A DNA stretch of 64,000 nucleotides from Amphiscolops sp. MND2022. Lineage: Eukaryota. The translations under genes and the position numbers were made by a program. The first letter of the stretch is position 1, and every line of letters begins with the position of its first letter. Location: NCBI GenBank assembly GCA_964187785.1, contig OZ076421.1:54002001-54066000 (forward strand), given 5' to 3'. Below the pieces are notes generated by a model. The model did no database searches and was not told the DNA's origin. It saw only the letters and a program-made list of their open reading frames with translations. Shown one piece after another: positions 60,820 to 64,000 of this stretch.

Positions 60820-63800
60820 TTTCACCTGTAAAAATTTTGTTTTAAAATCACACCCAGAAATTTTTTGTATATGTAACCCCCTGTATCTATTCGTTTGTCT
60901 ACTTTCATGGTTTGAATGTCTTGTTCCTTCGTTCTCGGTTGTATTGTTTTTTTAGGTTTTTTCTCACCGGTATATATTTCACCGTCGGTATGTAGATTGA
61001 GTTCATCCTCGGGGGATGTCGTCACTGGTCGGTAGCAGCAGTCTTTCTCGGAGGTATCTTGATTTTCGAAATCACTCTCATCGTCCTCTATCTCACCTTC
61101 CTCGCTATCCGAGTCTTATTCGGTTCTTTGATTTGGAACGATTTTCAACTTTCCGTTGAGTACATCGCGCAGTACCTCGTTCCATTGTATATCTTTACCA
61201 TCATTTCCCCTGAGGCAATGGCGATTTTCGGGGGTAATCACCCACTGGCAAAGAATTGGAAAGGATATAAAACCAACCGAATTTTTCTTCCTCAGAGATT
61301 TTTTTGCTAATGCTTTTTCTTCCCTCTTGGTCCGGGCCCTTACGATGTGATTTGACACTTCTCCATCACCATTTCTGGTTATATAAATGGGGATCTTCGG
61401 TCTATCACTTGCTAAAACAGGTAATTCCGATCAGTTAGAAAGGAATGATGTTCCACTTTTGATCACGTTCGTTAGTTCGGTTCTTGGTTTCCGACCGTGA
61501 TGTAAATCAAATGGCGTGATTTTCATCCCCGTATGTATTGTGAAGCGCATCACATTCAATGTTCTATTTACACATTCTGTTAGACATATATTTTCTTCTA
61601 GGTTGGTAATGACCAAACTCTTCAATGTCTGTATTTTGCGATCTACTGCCCCCGTACCGGTATGGATTCTCGGTGTGCTACATTCAATCTCTACATTTTT
61701 TGATTCACAAATTTCTTTGTATTCTTTCGAAAAGAACGCTCGACCTTTATCCGTTTTTATTTTCTCCGGCAGTCCGTATAAGGTAAAATTCTGTTTTAGA
61801 AAAATTAGAACTTCTTTGGTTTCCGCTGATTCACAGAATTTTTTTGCCGTCGGTCATTTACTAATTCTTTCTACCGCAATTAGAAGTGGTTATTCTCCAT
61901 TTAGTTTTTCATTACTTAGTTTTCCGGAAATATCAATTTGAGTTTCTTGTCCCGCTTCCGTTAGTGTTTTTATATTTCCGAATTCGCGTTTTATTATTTG
62001 GTATTTTAAATTCTTACTGGATGCTATGCATGCCACACAGTGTTTTGCTTTCTCTTCGATCTCCTTTTGTATGTTTGGCCACCAAAAGATTTTGGATTCC
62101 GCTGCCATCTTTGTAGATCCGGCGTGTCCGAAGTGTAGTTTTTCCAGTATTTTTCTTCTCAATTCATTTGGTACTATCATTCGGTCATCATTGAAAGTTA
62201 GTCCCCACTTGTTGCTCAGTTTTTCAAATGTTAATTGGTATGCTTTCGGAGCCGTGTTTCTCTCGTTTCTTCTCATTGCGTTCCTGACTCTGTTCCGTTC
62301 CGCGTCGGTTGCTGATTTGGCTATCAGCGTTTTTAGGTCGAGCGTGAATTCGGCCTTTTTGATTGCTTCTTCGGTAGCTTTTTTGTTCCCGGTAATTTTG
62401 TCGATCACTTGATTGATCTGTATAATTTGGGCTTCTTTTCCTTCCGTGTTGAATGCCTTCAGATCAACGATTGAAAAGTTGTCGCCCCGGATTATCTGGC
62501 TTTCGCCCTCACTTTCTACTTCGGTTTCTTCAATTATCTCCGGTTGTTGTGGTTCTTGATCCTCCTCTTCTACTCGTTCTTCTAATGGTTGGTATCCTCC
62601 TCCGAATCTATTGGCCCGTGTTAGTAGTTCGCCGTCTATTTCCGCAATCTCCTCTCTGCTTCTTTGTTTGGTCTTGAAGGGACACATATTTGTCTTTGGG
62701 CATTCATGTCGAACTTTCTTCTGATTGTTCCGGGTCGGGAGATTTCTAGACGTCTCTCTACCAGTCTGAGTGTTTCCGGACTTTTTCTCCTCTTTCCGAT
62801 AATTTCCATTATTTCGGCAGTTGCGCCCCAGTGAAAGTAATCCCGGTTCATTTCGGTCCTAAATAGAGGTAAATTTTGTAATGAATTTGTATTTGAATTT
62901 GAGTTTTGGTTCAGTTTTCGGATTTGACTTTCCGTTTTAGCTTTTCGGCGTCGATTATCTTATGTGAGTTTCGCTTGTTCGTAATTTTTGTTCACGTCTC
63001 GGTTCTTCTCGAATGTTCTACTCCGTTGTGATTGGTCGTTAAAATTTGTTTTGGTCGTTTTTGTTCTTTCCGTCGCGTTTTGTGATTGGTCGGCTAATAT
63101 TAGTCCGTATTTTCTATTTACTTCGGCTTGTTCTGAGAGACTGTTAATTACGTATTGCTCATCGTATACGTCTTCGTTCGTTTCGTTTTCTGCCGGATTT
63201 CGACTTAGAAAGTCGGTAAACTTTAGATTGCTCTCGGCGAAGTGTTGAATAGCTATATCAATAAGTGCGAGGCGGTCTAACCATCTAGTTAATCTCGCGC
63301 TATATTGTCTATTACATCGGATCCGTTTAATCAAAGGTTCGAGCGCTTGGTGGTCTCTGTAAAGAAAGACTTTCTTCCCGTATAAATAAAATCGGAATTT
63401 TTCTAAAACTTAGACAACTGCCATTAATTCTAGTTCTCCGATTGAATTGTTTTTTCACTGTCGTTTAAGTATCTGCTACCGAATTCTACCGGTTTGATTT
63501 CCCCATCCGATTGTTTTTGCCATAATGTAATTTCGAGTCCCGTTTTGCTTGCGTTGGTTGTCACTATGTTTCCTCTATCTTTTGCATAGTGTGCCAAGCA
63601 AGGTTCTTTGGTTAGCATTTTCTTTATGTTGTTAGAATATTCATCTTGTTGTTTCCCCAATTCCATGTGGAATCTTTCTTCAGAAGTCTTCGGAGTCTTT
63701 CCGTCCTTTCCGATAGTCTCGGTAAATACATCGCCAGATATTGAATTGCGCCAAGGAATGATTTCAGTTGTTTGTGGTTTTCTGAGTGTTTTAATTCCAG

Positions 63801-64000
63801 TGTTTTTTTTATTTTTTCTTTGTTTGGTTTGATTCCCGTTTCGTCAATTTCGTGCCCCAGCCCTTTGGTTTTGTTCAGGAAGAATTCGGATTTTCTTTCG
63901 CTTGCTCGGTATCCTGCATTCTCCAATTTTCCCAAAATATCGAATAGTTTCTTTTCGTGTTCTTTTCGGTCACCCCGTTCTATCACTATAATGTCATCCA
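60820..64000 (-). pseudogene. Ty3/Gypsy pol (RT end, RNase H, long linker, integrase), decayed, running off the right edge
   Basis: LDDIIV at the edge, LGHEID, LKSFLGAIQY, TNASKTGL, FGSRYLN, DFLSRNP, HFGHAG...FWWPNI...CVAC, IDISG, KTDKGRAF, GAVDRKIQTLK, TPFDLHHGRKP. Confidence 0.92.

Overview
Eukaryotic (invertebrate-like), AT-rich, almost wholly repeat-derived window with no intact gene. From left to right: (1) a decayed BEL/Pao LTR retrotransposon on the - strand (1-7255), lying just downstream of the gag of a Ty3/Gypsy element (7647-~10200); (2) a short host-like zone with an LDLa-module exon and a GPI-tail-like last exon (11.4-14.1 kb); (3) two oppositely oriented copies of a Helentron/DINE-1-like non-autonomous element; (4) an 8.97-kb LTR element bounded by a CTAGC target-site duplication, with three ~1.64-kb LTRs. 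The middle LTR is a 3'/5' recombinant, gag starts inside the LTR, and each LTR carries an apparent captured copy of a tRNA-Leu 3' end; (5) small foldback/MITE-like repeats (29.6-31.2 kb); (6) an 18.7-kb array of 18 head-to-tail ~1.015-kb units derived from an internally deleted pogo/Tigger (CENP-B-like) transposon, in which only unit 17 carries the DDE segment; (7) a 200-N assembly gap and several decayed Gypsy pol/LTR fragments on both strands up to the right edge. All family calls come from motif recognition by eye; no database search was run.
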